NCBI GenBank assembly: GCA_965217585.1
Contig: OZ244561.1
Span: forward strand, 3,488,001 to 3,552,000
Length of the DNA stretch: 64,000 nt
Source: Candidatus Latescibacterota bacterium
GTDB taxonomy: Bacteria > Latescibacterota > UBA2968 > UBA8231
Reading direction: 5' to 3'
The number at the start of each line of letters is the position of its first letter. The stretch's first letter is position 1. Below are positions 46,046-56,337 of this stretch, one piece after another. Made by a program: the position numbers and the translations under genes. The notes under the pieces were generated by a model. The model was not told where the DNA came from. It searched no databases and saw only the letters and a list, made by a program, of their open reading frames with translations.

Positions 46046-46909
46046 TCAGCGCTCCAACCACCCCGGCAAGCGAATTTCAGCAGACTGGTGCCAGGCCGTC
46101 AGGTAGAGCGAGGCCGTAAAGCGCACGGAGGTGCGGGCGCGTGCCTCGGCAAAGGCGCGCATCTGAGAATCTTCTTCGTCGTCCCACTGGTCCAGTAGCG
46201 CATACACTTCTTCTACCAACCCATTGCTCTCTTCGATCTGATTGACGATCTCCTCCATCAGCGAATCCGAAAAGTCCTCTAACTCTTGCCTTGCCGCCAA
46301 ATCCTCGGGTGCAAAGCCGAGCCGCTCCACTGAGGAATCCACCTTTTCGTGGATGCCCTTACCCATAACCGTGCCGTCCTCCTGCTCCTTACCGTCGAAG
46401 TACCGGGTCGCGTGCAGGGGCTGGCAAATGTCTTCGGCATAGTGGGCGAGAATGCCCGCATAGACGAGACATTTCTGCTGAATCGCCTCGTTCTCCGGCC
46501 ACTTGCGATGCTCGGCAAAGGCCACGGCCAACCGTCCGGTCCACTCGGCAATGGCGTATGGGGCCATCCCGACCTTGGTCGGATCCAATTCCAGCTCTTG
46601 GCACATGGTAATAAAGTCAAAGCGCTGCGGCGGAATCTCTCGTCCCTCAAGGTACTCTAGGTCGAAATAGTGCTCTCCGTGTTCGGCGTGGCTCAGCAAG
46701 GGGGCACCCCGATTCTTAAACAGATCTGGATCGAAGACCGTATGGCTGGCGATGTTGCCGCCTTGGCGAAAGAAAGCCGGCACGTCCTCTGGCAGGGCCA
46801 GCACGGCTCCCTCGGTCAGAATCCCGTGCCCATCCCCCCACCAAGCTTGGGCTGGAACAGCCACCAAGCCAGCGACGACTGCAATCCATATTGCGCGGAT
46901 CGTTCTCAT
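46046..46909 (-). CDS. Secreted S1/P1 nuclease / Zn-dependent phospholipase C-like protein
   Basis: Signal peptide then WWGDGH, DPD, HYFD, HYAEDICQPLH, IHEKVD Zn-ligand pattern. Confidence 0.78.
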   Translation of the reverse strand: MRTIRAIWIAVVAGLVAVPAQAWWGDGHGILTEGAVLALPEDVPAFFRQGGNIASHTVFDPDLFKNRGAPLLSHAEHGEHYFDLEYLEGREIPPQRFDFITMCQELELDPTKVGMAPYAIAEWTGRLAVAFAEHRKWPENEAIQQKCLVYAGILAHYAEDICQPLHATRYFDGKEQEDGTVMGKGIHEKVDSSVERLGFAPEDLAARQELEDFSDSLMEEIVNQIEESNGLVEEVYALLDQWDDEEDSQMRAFAEARARTSVRFTASLYLTAWHQSAEIRLPGWLER

Positions 46910-46989
46910 GGTTCGCTCTCCTTTCTTTGTGCAAATTACACGATGGTTCCTAAGCAGGCCGCCAACAACCCTCAACCGCGAGGATTCCC

Positions 46990-47817
46990 ATGAAACTCTC
47001 GCTCTCGGTCCGCGTGGCCGAAAAATTCCACGCCAAGCGCGAAGCCAATATGACGCTCGAACAATTGGCCGCCCTCGCCACTCGCCACGGGTACCGCGGG
47101 CTGTGTATGCGCGCCTCGCAAGTGGGCGTCCACAGCCCGCCAGAGACGGTTGCCGCTGCTCGCGCCCTCCTCGGCCGCTACTCGCTGACCGTCTCCATGC
47201 TCACCGGCGACTTCCCCATCCCGGAAAACTCCGACCAAGGGCCGGATGCCCTCCGCAATATAACGCCCTATCTCGATCTGGCCGAACAGCTCGGCGCTCC
47301 GCTGCTGCGCGTCTGCCTGAAAAAGGACGAAGATATCGCTTGGGCCCGCCGCGCGGCCGACGAAGCCGCCGAGCGCGATATGCGCCTAGCACACCAGTGC
47401 CACACCCGCAGTCTCTTCGAGGAAATCGACCGCTCGCTGCAAGTTTTGGCGAGCATTGGCCGCCCCAACTTTGGCCTGATTTACGAACCGGCCAACCTAG
47501 AGCTATGCGGCCAGCCTTATGGGCTGAATGCCATCCGTCGCCTGATGCCGCACATATTCAATGTGTATCTGCAAAATCAGGTTTTGGCCGCCGATGGCCC
47601 GGACGGACTCGATACGTGGTGCCGCGGCGAGGTGCAGTTCCGCCAGATCCCCTTGTGGGAGGAAGGGGGCATTAGCTTCCCGCCGCTGATGGACGCGCTG
47701 CGCGCGGTCGGCTACGAGGGCTATGTGACGGTTCATCAGGCTTCGGCCGACTTGGGTACTGAAGCCGCGGTCCGCGAGAGCGCCCGCTATCTCAAGCGGC
47801 TGTTGGCGACCAATTGA
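46990..47817 (+). CDS. Sugar phosphate isomerase/epimerase (xylose isomerase-like TIM barrel)
   Basis: LAEQLGAPLLRV, IGRPNFGLIYEPANL, L.AVGYEGYVTVH. Confidence 0.78.
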   Translation: MKLSLSVRVAEKFHAKREANMTLEQLAALATRHGYRGLCMRASQVGVHSPPETVAAARALLGRYSLTVSMLTGDFPIPENSDQGPDALRNITPYLDLAEQLGAPLLRVCLKKDEDIAWARRAADEAAERDMRLAHQCHTRSLFEEIDRSLQVLASIGRPNFGLIYEPANLELCGQPYGLNAIRRLMPHIFNVYLQNQVLAADGPDGLDTWCRGEVQFRQIPLWEEGGISFPPLMDALRAVGYEGYVTVHQASADLGTEAAVRESARYLKRLLATN

Positions 47818-47890
47818 CGACGACTATACGTACCTTGATATTTAAATGTTTGTTCGCAAACCCTCTCACAGTAAGAAAAGGAGAACCATC

Positions 47891-48526
47891 ATGGCTATCC
47901 GACTCGGCGACGAAGCCCCGGATTTCAACGCGGCAACCACCGCAGGCCCCATCAACTTTCACGAATGGCTCGGCGATTCTTGGGGGGTGTTCTTTTCCCA
48001 CCCTGCCGACTTCACCCCGGTCTGCACCACGGAGTTAGGTGTCGTGGCCAATATCGAAGAGGAGTTCAAAAAGCGCGGCGTCAAGATCATCGCCTTGAGC
48101 GTCAACTCGGTTGACGACCACGAAGGCTGGATCGCCGACATCAACGAAACCCAAAACGCCAATGTCGGCTTCCCACTGATCGCCGATCCCGAACGCAAGG
48201 TCGCCGAGCTCTACGACATGATCCACCCCAACGCGCTCGACAATATGACCGTGCGCTCGGTTTTTGTCATCGGCCCAGACAAAAAGGTCAAGCTGACGCT
48301 GACTTACCCGGCCTCGACCGGCCGCAATTTCGACGAAATTTTGCGCGTGATTGACTCGCTGCAACTGACGGCCAATTACTCGGTCGCCACTCCGGCCAAC
48401 TGGCAAGACGGCGACGACTGCATCGTGGTCCCGGCCGTCTCGGACGAGGAAGCTACTGAGAAATTTCCCCGGGGCTTCACGGCGGTTAAGCCCTACCTGC
48501 GCATCACGCCGCAGCCCAATAAGTAA
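47891..48526 (+). CDS. 1-Cys peroxiredoxin (Prx6 family)
   Basis: FSHPADFTPVCTTELG, YPASTGRNFDEILR, ATPANW. Confidence 0.95.
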   Translation: MAIRLGDEAPDFNAATTAGPINFHEWLGDSWGVFFSHPADFTPVCTTELGVVANIEEEFKKRGVKIIALSVNSVDDHEGWIADINETQNANVGFPLIADPERKVAELYDMIHPNALDNMTVRSVFVIGPDKKVKLTLTYPASTGRNFDEILRVIDSLQLTANYSVATPANWQDGDDCIVVPAVSDEEATEKFPRGFTAVKPYLRITPQPNK

Positions 48527-48529
48527 GCG

Positions 48530-49618
48530 ATGAATTCAACTTGGGCTGGCAGGCTGGTTTGGGCGGGTTTGTTGGCCGCGCTGACGTGGTGTGCGGCGGC
48601 CAATGCGGAATCCCTAACCGTGGTGTCTTGGGGCGGTTCGTATGCGCGCGCCTGCGTAAAAGGCTATCACGAAGCGTTTACGGCCGAGACGGGCATTGAA
48701 GTTCGCTTGGAGGACTACAACGGCGGCCTCGCCCAATTGCGCGCCCAAGTGGATGCGGGGGCCGTGTATTGGGACGTGGTAGATATGGAGCTCGCCGATG
48801 CTATGACCGGCTGCGACGAGGGCGTTCTCGAAGTGCTGGACTTTGAGCTGCCTCTTGGGGCGAATGGCGAATCGCCCGAGGACGATTTTTACCCGGAAAC
48901 TGTGAGCGAGTGCGGCATCGGCTCGTTGTTCTACTCGACCGTCTATGCGTACCACGCGGACCATTATAAGGAGCGTAAACCAGAGACCATCGCCGACTTT
49001 TTCGACCTTGAGGCGTTCCCGGGCCGGCGCGGGATGCGGCGCGTACCGGCCGTAAACTTAGAGTTCGCCCTGATGGCCGACGGAGTGCCTCGGGATGAGG
49101 TGTACGCCACCCTTGACACGCCCGAAGGGGTCAGTCGCGCATTTCGCAAGCTCGACACCATCAAGGATCAGGTGGTATGGTGGGAAGCGGCTGCGCAGCC
49201 GCCGCAGATGCTCGCCGATGGCGAAGTGGTGATGACCACGGCGTACAACGGGCGCATATTCAACGCGCAGGTCTTGGAGAAGCAGCTGTTTACTATCGTC
49301 TGGGACGGCCAGGTGCTGGACACGGGCCAACTCGTCATCGCGGCGGGGGCACCGAATTTGGAGGCCGCGCGCAAGTTCCTCGCCTTTGCGGCGCGGCCGT
49401 CGTCCATGGCCGGCGTGGGCCGCTACATCGCCTATGCACCGGCGCGCCGGTCGGGCATGGATCTGATCTCGGTCCACGCCGAGACCGGCGAGGAGATGGC
49501 CCCGCACATGCCCACCTATCCAGCCAACGCGGCGGGAGCGCTGCGCAGCGACTGGCGCTGGTGGAGCGACAATATGGACGAGATGAACGAGCGCTTCAGC
49601 GCTTGGCTGGCGCGCTAG
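48530..49618 (+). CDS. ABC transporter substrate-binding protein (PotD/PotF-like)
   Basis: LTVVSWGGSY, WDVVD, DFFDLEAFPGRR, LEFALMADGV, AYNGR. Confidence 0.9.
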   Translation: MNSTWAGRLVWAGLLAALTWCAAANAESLTVVSWGGSYARACVKGYHEAFTAETGIEVRLEDYNGGLAQLRAQVDAGAVYWDVVDMELADAMTGCDEGVLEVLDFELPLGANGESPEDDFYPETVSECGIGSLFYSTVYAYHADHYKERKPETIADFFDLEAFPGRRGMRRVPAVNLEFALMADGVPRDEVYATLDTPEGVSRAFRKLDTIKDQVVWWEAAAQPPQMLADGEVVMTTAYNGRIFNAQVLEKQLFTIVWDGQVLDTGQLVIAAGAPNLEAARKFLAFAARPSSMAGVGRYIAYAPARRSGMDLISVHAETGEEMAPHMPTYPANAAGALRSDWRWWSDNMDEMNERFSAWLAR

Positions 49619-49641
49619 CAGCGGAAAAAGCTGTTTGATAG

Positions 49642-49677
49642 TGGGCCGGGGCATCTGTATTTGCCTCGGCCCATTTT
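49642..49677 (+). terminator. Intrinsic terminator
   Basis: TGGGCCGGGGCA...TGCCTCGGCCCA followed by TTTT. Confidence 0.65.
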
Positions 49678-50514
49678 CTATAATTCGGCGAAAATAGCCT
49701 CTATGTCAGCCGTTTTTTGCCACTTGGCGAATTCTTTGTCCATCTTAGGCGACCACTTGCGATCCACCTCTCCGGGCGTGTAGCGGCCGTCGGCAATGCT
49801 CTTCTTGCCCCAATAGTCTCGCAGGCGGATGTTTTCGGACGACTCCACGACCTCGTGGGCGTATTGCGGCGGCACGAAAATCACGCCCGTGGGGGTCGCC
49901 AGCACGATATCGCCCGGCATACAGGTCGCCGCCCCCACCCGCACCGGGCCGTTGATCTCGGCCATGGTTACCTCGCCGATTGCCGAGGGATGCAGTCCCT
50001 TGCAGAGCACGTTGATCGGCAACTGGCGCACGCGGTGATCGTCGCGGATACCGCCATCGACGACTAGGCCCGTATCATCGGTGTTGGCCGCGATCGCCGT
50101 GCCGAGATTGTCGCCGATAAAGGTCCCGCGCAGCACCTTGCCGAACAGATCGACGACCAACACGTCGTTGGCGACTAAGGTGTCGATGACCCAGCTATTC
50201 TGGCCGCCGATCCGCCCGTGCCGCTCGCCTTCGGCCTGCACGACGCCGTCGAAGTCGGGTCGGTGCGGGATATAGCGGGCCGTCACCGCGCGGCCGACTA
50301 GCACGCGGCTTGGATGCAGGTTGATCCAGTCGCCTTCGAACTGAAACGAATGCCCCTTGCCCATCAGCACTCCCCAGGCTTCCTCGATGGTCACCCGCTT
50401 CATCCGCTCGACGATGTCGCCCTCGACTTTGGGCCGCCCGTCGCGAAAGCGCGGGCCTGCGTACGCACTCGTTATGCTCTTTATTTTGCTCGGTGCGTTG
50501 AGTTCAAACGCCAT
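49678..50514 (-). CDS. RraA/HMG-aldolase family protein
   Basis: LVGRAVT, DVLVVD, GDNL, VDGGIRD, PGDIV...GVIFVP. Confidence 0.85.
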   Translation of the reverse strand: MAFELNAPSKIKSITSAYAGPRFRDGRPKVEGDIVERMKRVTIEEAWGVLMGKGHSFQFEGDWINLHPSRVLVGRAVTARYIPHRPDFDGVVQAEGERHGRIGGQNSWVIDTLVANDVLVVDLFGKVLRGTFIGDNLGTAIAANTDDTGLVVDGGIRDDHRVRQLPINVLCKGLHPSAIGEVTMAEINGPVRVGAATCMPGDIVLATPTGVIFVPPQYAHEVVESSENIRLRDYWGKKSIADGRYTPGEVDRKWSPKMDKEFAKWQKTADIEAIFAEL

Positions 50515-50621
50515 GGTCGCTCCTTCGATAAAATAAAAAAATGGCCGCGCATCCTTTGCGGACCGCGACCAAGCTAATACATCTCGTCCGAGCGTCAACC
50601 CGGCGGAATGGTGGAACGGGA

Positions 50622-51047
50622 CTAAAAGGGCAGATCGTCGTGGTTGGGGCCGGCCGCAGGGGCGGCGGCGAGTGCATGGCCGTTGCTCTCAGCGGCCTCG
50701 GCATCCTCGGCAGCCCGTTCTGCGCCGAGCATTTTCATGGTGTTGGCGACGATTTCAGTGGCCTGACGCTTGTGCCCCTGCTGATCTTCCCAAGAGCGCG
50801 TTTGCAGCTTGCCCTCGATGTAGACCTTGCTGCCCTTTTTTAGGTACTGACCAGCGATTTCGGCGAGGCGCTGCCACAGGACGATGCGGTGCCATTCGGT
50901 CCGCTCTTGGCGCTGCCCGTTCTTGTCGTTCCACGACTCGCTGGTGGCCAAGCTGAAGTTGGCAACCTGAGCGCCGCTGGGGGTAAAGCGCGTCTCGGGA
51001 TCGGATCCTAAGTTGCCGATGAGTAAGATCTTGTTGAGACTAGACAT
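50622..51047 (-). CDS. ssb: Single-stranded DNA-binding protein
   Basis: [42 protein letters not shown], terminal DDLPF. Confidence 0.96.
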   Translation of the reverse strand: MSSLNKILLIGNLGSDPETRFTPSGAQVANFSLATSESWNDKNGQRQERTEWHRIVLWQRLAEIAGQYLKKGSKVYIEGKLQTRSWEDQQGHKRQATEIVANTMKMLGAERAAEDAEAAESNGHALAAAPAAGPNHDDLPF

Positions 51048-51051
51048 ATTA

Positions 51052-51282
51052 CTACTCCTTGTCGTGCCCGTTGGGCGTGGTGAATCGGTTGTGCCAGCTG
51101 AGATAATCCTGCTTCCATTCGCTGCGCTTGCGGCGCTTGCGTGCTTGGGGCGTCTCGATGCCGTAGCGGCGACAGAGGCGGCTGAAGCTGCCCGGGGCAA
51201 TGCCCAAGGCCGAGCCGGCGTCGTGGTTGCTGGCGTACATCCGCGCGGCGCGTTCAATGCGATCTTTTGCGATAGGCGGCAT
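51052..51282 (-). CDS. Small HTH-like DNA-binding protein
   Basis: [24 protein letters not shown] pattern, basic tail, AAGGAG RBS. Confidence 0.7.
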   Translation of the reverse strand: MPPIAKDRIERAARMYASNHDAGSALGIAPGSFSRLCRRYGIETPQARKRRKRSEWKQDYLSWHNRFTTPNGHDKE

Positions 51283-51304
51283 GAGTTTCTCCTTTTGTGC
51301 CAGA

Positions 51305-51448
51305 TTAGGCTAGGTAGCGGAAAACGGGAAAGCTCCAGACGACGAATATTGCTCCTGTACACAGCGGTCCTAGCCGGCCCACTTGGCGCTGGGCACGCTT
51401 GTTTTTGCTCAACTCGCGTAAGGCGTGAAACGCAAAAATCGGGTTCAT
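51305..51448 (-). CDS. Putative 47-aa membrane micropeptide
   Basis: AGGAG RBS; [47 protein letters not shown]. Confidence 0.5.
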   Translation of the reverse strand: MNPIFAFHALRELSKNKRAQRQVGRLGPLCTGAIFVVWSFPVFRYLA

Positions 51449-51474
51449 TGCTCTGCTCTCCTATGGCCAGCGTA

Positions 51475-51558
51475 TCAGTTGAGAAGCGGTTTCACCGCGA
51501 ATACGAAGAGGCTGACGAGGGCGTACATCAGGCCCTGGCTGATGATCTCGCGTCGCAT
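51475..51558 (-). CDS. Putative 27-aa membrane micropeptide
   Basis: AAGGAG RBS; [27 protein letters not shown]. Confidence 0.55.
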   Translation of the reverse strand: MRREIISQGLMYALVSLFVFAVKPLLN

Positions 51559-51644
51559 GTGGTTTTGCTCCTTGCGATGAGGTCCATGGTGCTTGGCTTT
51601 CCAACGTAAAAAAGGCCTTTTTTTACTTCGATTACCTGCACAAA

Positions 51645-51673
51645 AAGATAGTAAACATTTGTATATAAGTCAA
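51645..51673 (-). promoter_or_regulatory. Sigma70 promoter with an operator-like palindrome in the spacer
   Basis: TTGACT-N17-TATCTT; spacer contains TATAC-AAAT-GTTTA. Confidence 0.6.
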
Positions 51674-51905
51674 GAAATTTGCTTCCTTTTTGCGCCCCGT
51701 TTTACGGGGTTTTTCCCATCTGGCCAAAAAACAATAACTTATTGATATGAAAAAACTTTTTCAGCTTAATAAATTTCCGTTAATAAATGACCGAACAAGA
51801 GTTTCCCCGGCCTGCAAACGCGGTAGTGCCCTGCGGTGCTTCGTTTGTTAGATTATGGGCACTAATGGCACAACGGCTACCAGCCTACGAGAAAGGAGAA
51901 AAGCC

Positions 51906-52319
51906 ATGAGTACGGTACTCGTCCACATTGGCGTCCGAGCCACGGATCTCGAAAAGACCATCCGCTTTTGGCGCGACGGCCTCGGCCTGCCCGTGGTCTC
52001 GACCCACGAGAATTGCTACGACCTCAGCGACGGCCACCACAACTTCCGAGTCTTCCAGCACAACGGCCCGGCCCGCCCGGACCACGTTAGCGGGATGCTC
52101 GACTACCTGCACATCGGCGTGCGGGTGCCTGACCTCGCAGAAGCCGGCCGCCGCCTGTTGGACATGGGCTATGAAATTTTTTCCGATGGTTTGGGAGGTA
52201 AAGAGCCGGTCGATGTCCACAACATCCACGAAGGAGCCTTCAAGGTCGAAGACCCGGACGGCATTACCGTGGACGTGACGGCCAGCGACGACCAATGGCC
52301 TGGCGCGGTCCTCAAATAG
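51906..52319 (+). CDS. VOC (glyoxalase-like) family protein
   Basis: HIGVRATDLEKTIRFW..GLGL, HIGVRV.DL, EDPDG. Confidence 0.88.
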   Translation: MSTVLVHIGVRATDLEKTIRFWRDGLGLPVVSTHENCYDLSDGHHNFRVFQHNGPARPDHVSGMLDYLHIGVRVPDLAEAGRRLLDMGYEIFSDGLGGKEPVDVHNIHEGAFKVEDPDGITVDVTASDDQWPGAVLK

Positions 52320-52361
52320 CCCGACTCCATCCCAATCCTTACCCCTAATCGAGAGGATCTA

Positions 52362-53762
52362 ATGCCAGCCAAAAAGACCAACGTCATTATCTTCGGCATC
52401 GACAGCCTGCGCGCCGATCGCATGAGCTGTTATGGCTACCACCGCCAGACCACGCCCCATATCGACCGCTTTGCCGCAGACGCCGTGCTCTTTGAAAAGA
52501 CCTACTCGGCCCACATTCCCACGACCTCGGCCTACGCCTCCATGCTCACCGGCCTCGACTGCTTCGGCACCAGCGTCGTGGCCCTGCGCCACCGCGGCGG
52601 CCTGCCCAAAAAGATCCGCACCCTGCCCGAGATCCTGCGCAGCAGCGGCTACAACACCTCGTGCGTTGGATTCACGGGCAATCCCAGTTCGCGCGGCTTC
52701 AGCCGCTATTTGGACTACCCGGGTTGGGGCACCTTTGCCGAAGGCCGCAGCCCCAAGGCCGAAAACCTCAACCAAGTCGCCATCCCCGAGCTGGAACGGC
52801 TCGCGCGCTCGAAGAAGCCCTTCTTCCTCTTCTTGCGCCACATGGATCCGCACGCCCCCTATCTGCCGCCGGCCCCCTTTGAGCGAATGTTTTACAGCGG
52901 CAACGAATTCGACCCCAAAAACAAGAGCATGGAGCCGGTGTTTAACTTCAAGCCCTTCTGCGACTTCTTTGCCGGTTGGATGCCGCCCGGGGTGCGCGAC
53001 CGCCACTACGTGGACGCCCAGTACGACGGTGCCGTCGCCTATATGGACGCCTGCATTCAGCGCATTCTCACCCGCGTCGAAGAGCTGGGCTTGGGCGACA
53101 ATACCTTAATCGTCATCAACGGCGACCACGGCGAGACCCTGTACGAGCACGAGTGCTGGTACGACCACCACGGCCTCTACGAAAACACGCTGCACGTGCC
53201 GCAGATCATCCGCCTGCCCGGCAAGCTGCCCACCGGCAAGCGCGTCGCGGGCAGCGCGCTGCACCAAGACTTGGTGCCTACCGTGCTCAAGCTCCTCAAC
53301 ATCCGCACGGACATCGCGTTTGACGGCCAGTCGCTGCTGCCGCTGATCGCGGGCCAAAGGGCCTCCAACTACTCGGACTTTTACATCACGGAATGCACTT
53401 GGATGCGCAAGCACGGCTGGCGCACCCCGGAGTGGAAGCTGATCGTCGCGTTAGAGCCGGACTTCCACTTCAAGCCCGAAGTCGAGCTCTACAACTTGGT
53501 CGCCGATCCACTGGAGCTGAAAAACTTGGCCAAAAAAGAGCCGGGGATCGTTGGCACTCTGAAGGAGCGGATGGAGGCTTGGATTGCCAAACGCGAGCGG
53601 GAGACGGGCGCGACCAACCCGATGTTCACCAATTTGCAATGGCATGGCTCGAAGACGCACGAGGGGCCATTCGAAACTTCGCAGCAGGCGTACGACACCC
53701 TGCACATTGGTTCGGTGGGGGCGGCAAACAAATTGCAGGCGGGTAATAAAAAGGGGCCGTAG
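52362..53762 (+). CDS. Sulfatase-like alkaline-phosphatase-superfamily hydrolase (lacks C/SxPxR)
   Basis: IDSLRAD, TTSAYASMLTG, DPHAPY, GDHGE, DHH, ELYNL..DP.E. Confidence 0.85.
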   Translation: MPAKKTNVIIFGIDSLRADRMSCYGYHRQTTPHIDRFAADAVLFEKTYSAHIPTTSAYASMLTGLDCFGTSVVALRHRGGLPKKIRTLPEILRSSGYNTSCVGFTGNPSSRGFSRYLDYPGWGTFAEGRSPKAENLNQVAIPELERLARSKKPFFLFLRHMDPHAPYLPPAPFERMFYSGNEFDPKNKSMEPVFNFKPFCDFFAGWMPPGVRDRHYVDAQYDGAVAYMDACIQRILTRVEELGLGDNTLIVINGDHGETLYEHECWYDHHGLYENTLHVPQIIRLPGKLPTGKRVAGSALHQDLVPTVLKLLNIRTDIAFDGQSLLPLIAGQRASNYSDFYITECTWMRKHGWRTPEWKLIVALEPDFHFKPEVELYNLVADPLELKNLAKKEPGIVGTLKERMEAWIAKRERETGATNPMFTNLQWHGSKTHEGPFETSQQAYDTLHIGSVGAANKLQAGNKKGP

Positions 53763-53842
53763 CGGCACCATGCGTTCTTGTGCAGGCGGTACTCGGTCCT
53801 ACATTGTCGAAGACCAGGCGCAATTTTAGAGGGAAATGCACT

Positions 53843-54409
53843 ATGACCACACAGCCGCAAAACCGCGCCTTCACGGTCGGCGAATACTACCGCATGGCCG
53901 AGGCAGACATCCTCACCGAGGAGGACCGAGTTGAGCTTCTCGCCGGGCAGATTGTCGCCATGAGCCCCATTGGCAGCCGCCACGCCGCTTGTGTCGATCG
54001 ACTCAACGGCTTATTGCATCGCCAGCCAGAACAGGCCTTCATCGTGCGAGTGCAAAGCCCCATCGCCCTCGACGCGTACTCTGAACCGGAGCCTGATCTA
54101 GTGCTGCTCCACCCCCGCGCCGACTTCTACGCGGAGGCCCATCCGTCGGCGGTCGATGTGCTGCTGGCCATCGTAGTCGCCGATACGTCGGCCGACTACG
54201 ACCGCGAGGTCAAGCTGCCGCTCTACGCTCAGGCCGGCCTTCCCGAAGTGTGGCTGATCGACCCCCGCGTACGCGGGGGCCGCATCGAAGTGTACGCCCG
54301 GCCCCAAGGCGGTGCGTACCAACAGCGCATCGAAGTCACAGCCGACACCACCCTCACCTCGCCGACGATCCCCCAGATCGCATTGGCTGCCGCTGACTTG
54401 TTAGGCTGA
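53843..54409 (+). CDS. Uma2/DUF820 family endonuclease-like protein
   Basis: EYYRM, RVELLAGQIVAMSP, EPEPD, DREVKLPLYAQAGLPEVW. Confidence 0.88.
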   Translation: MTTQPQNRAFTVGEYYRMAEADILTEEDRVELLAGQIVAMSPIGSRHAACVDRLNGLLHRQPEQAFIVRVQSPIALDAYSEPEPDLVLLHPRADFYAEAHPSAVDVLLAIVVADTSADYDREVKLPLYAQAGLPEVWLIDPRVRGGRIEVYARPQGGAYQQRIEVTADTTLTSPTIPQIALAAADLLG

Positions 54410-54411
54410 TG

Positions 54412-55557
54412 TTACGCCCCCTTTGCCCACGCCCAATCCAGCCACGGGACTAGCGCCTCGATGTCGCTGGTTTCCACGGTGCCTCCTCCCCAGATCCGCA
54501 GGCCGGGGGGCGCGGCGCGGTAGCCGTTGATGTCGTAGGCAACGCCTTCGTCCTCCAATATGGCGACGAGAGCTTTGACCTTTGCCCTCTGCGCGTCCTC
54601 GGTTAAACAGGTAAACCACGCATCGGCGATTCGCAGGCAAATCGACGTACTAGAGCGAATCGCTCGGCGCGCGGGTAAAAACGCGATCCACTCGCTTGCG
54701 GCTTCCCACTGCTCTAGCACCGCGAGGTTGGCCTGCGTGCGCCGCACGAGTTCGGGCAAGCCGCCGATGCTTTCGGCCCAGCGCAGCCCGTCGAGCGCGT
54801 CTTCCACGCACAGTAGGGAGGGCGTGTTGATGGTGTCGCCTTTGAACAGGGCCTCGTTGAGCTGGCCGCCTTGGGTCATGCGGAAGAGTTTGGGCACGGG
54901 CCAAGGCGGCGTGAAGTTTAGGAGCCGCTCGACCGCCCGCGGACTCAGGATGAGCATTCCGTGCGCGGCCTCGCCGCCCATGACCTTTTGCCAAGAGTAG
55001 GTGACTACGTCGAGCTTTTCCCAGGGCAGGTCCACGGCGAAGACCGCGGACGTCGCATCGCAAATCACTAGGCCCTCGCGGTCAGCGGCGATCCACTCGC
55101 CATCGGGCACCTTCACCCCGGAGGTCGTGCCGTTCCACGCAAAGACCACGTCGCGGTCGCAGTCGATCAAGGACAGGTCGGGTAGCTCCCCGAAGTCAGC
55201 GTCGAAGACGCGCACGTCCTCTAGTCGCAAGTGTTGGGTAATGTCCGTCACCCAGCCCTTGCTGAAGCTTTCCCAAGACAGGACATCGACGCCTCGGACG
55301 CCTAGCATCGACCACAGGCACATCTCTACGGCACCCGTATCTGAACCCGGCACTACGGCCATGCGATAGTCGGCCGGTACTCCCAGTAGCGCACGCGACC
55401 GCTCGATGACTTCTTGCAGTTTGGCCCGCCCGATTGCGGCGCGGTGCGAGCGCCCCACGGCCGCTTCCTTTAGAGCAGCAAGATTCCACCCGGGGCGCTT
55501 GGCGCAGGGACCAGAGGAAAAGCAGGGATTTTGCGGTTTGACTGCTGGCTTGGTCAT
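54412..55557 (-). CDS. serC: Phosphoserine aminotransferase (Methanosarcina/alphaproteobacterial type)
   Basis: [47 protein letters not shown]. Confidence 0.93.
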   Translation of the reverse strand: MTKPAVKPQNPCFSSGPCAKRPGWNLAALKEAAVGRSHRAAIGRAKLQEVIERSRALLGVPADYRMAVVPGSDTGAVEMCLWSMLGVRGVDVLSWESFSKGWVTDITQHLRLEDVRVFDADFGELPDLSLIDCDRDVVFAWNGTTSGVKVPDGEWIAADREGLVICDATSAVFAVDLPWEKLDVVTYSWQKVMGGEAAHGMLILSPRAVERLLNFTPPWPVPKLFRMTQGGQLNEALFKGDTINTPSLLCVEDALDGLRWAESIGGLPELVRRTQANLAVLEQWEAASEWIAFLPARRAIRSSTSICLRIADAWFTCLTEDAQRAKVKALVAILEDEGVAYDINGYRAAPPGLRIWGGGTVETSDIEALVPWLDWAWAKGA

Positions 55558-56322
55558 CTACTCGGTCCGCGCCAGCATTCCACCATCCACCGTCAACGTG
55601 GTCCCAGTGATGAAAGACGCCTCGTCCGAGGCGAGGAACAGCACCGCATTGGCGATGTCCTCGCCCGTGCCCAAGCGCTGAGCCGGCACCATCTTGGCGT
55701 AGCGCACGCGCTCTTCCTCTGGCACTTGTAGATCGTCCCACAGGGGCGTCAGGATAGCTCCGGGGAGCACGGCGCAGACGCGGATGTCCGGCCCGTAGTC
55801 AATGGCGAGGGTCCGCGTCAGGCCCAAAACCCCGGCCTTGGCCGCGTCGTAGGCCGTGGCCGTGGCGAAACTCACCAGCGAATGCACCGAGCCGGTGTTG
55901 ATAATCACCCCGCCTCCGGTCTTGCGCATGACTGGGATGCCGTATTTGGCGGCGAGAAAAATTGCCTTCAAGCCGATGTTTAAGGTGCCGTCCCAATCCT
56001 TTTCGTCGAGCTCGGTCGCCGGGCCGTGGCGGAACCATATTGCGTTGTTGTGGACGATATCTACGCGGCCAAAGGCTTCTTCGGTGCGCACGAACATTTC
56101 GATGACCTCGGCGGACTCGCCCACATCGGTGCGGACGAAAATGGCTTCGCCTCCGTCGGCGTTGATTTTATCGACGACCCGCTGGCCGCCGTCGGCGTTG
56201 ACATCTGCCACGCAGACGGACGCGCCTTCGCGCGCCAGAACTTGCGCGGTGACTTCCCCGATTCCCGAGGCTGCGCCTGTTACAATGGCCGCCTTACCGG
56301 CGATTCGACCTTTACTGCTCAT
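55558..56322 (-). CDS. SDR family oxidoreductase
   Basis: TGAASGIG, NNA, YDAAK, ITGTTLTVDGG. Confidence 0.93.
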   Translation of the reverse strand: MSSKGRIAGKAAIVTGAASGIGEVTAQVLAREGASVCVADVNADGGQRVVDKINADGGEAIFVRTDVGESAEVIEMFVRTEEAFGRVDIVHNNAIWFRHGPATELDEKDWDGTLNIGLKAIFLAAKYGIPVMRKTGGGVIINTGSVHSLVSFATATAYDAAKAGVLGLTRTLAIDYGPDIRVCAVLPGAILTPLWDDLQVPEEERVRYAKMVPAQRLGTGEDIANAVLFLASDEASFITGTTLTVDGGMLARTE

Positions 56323-56337
56323 AGTTGGTCTCCTGTT

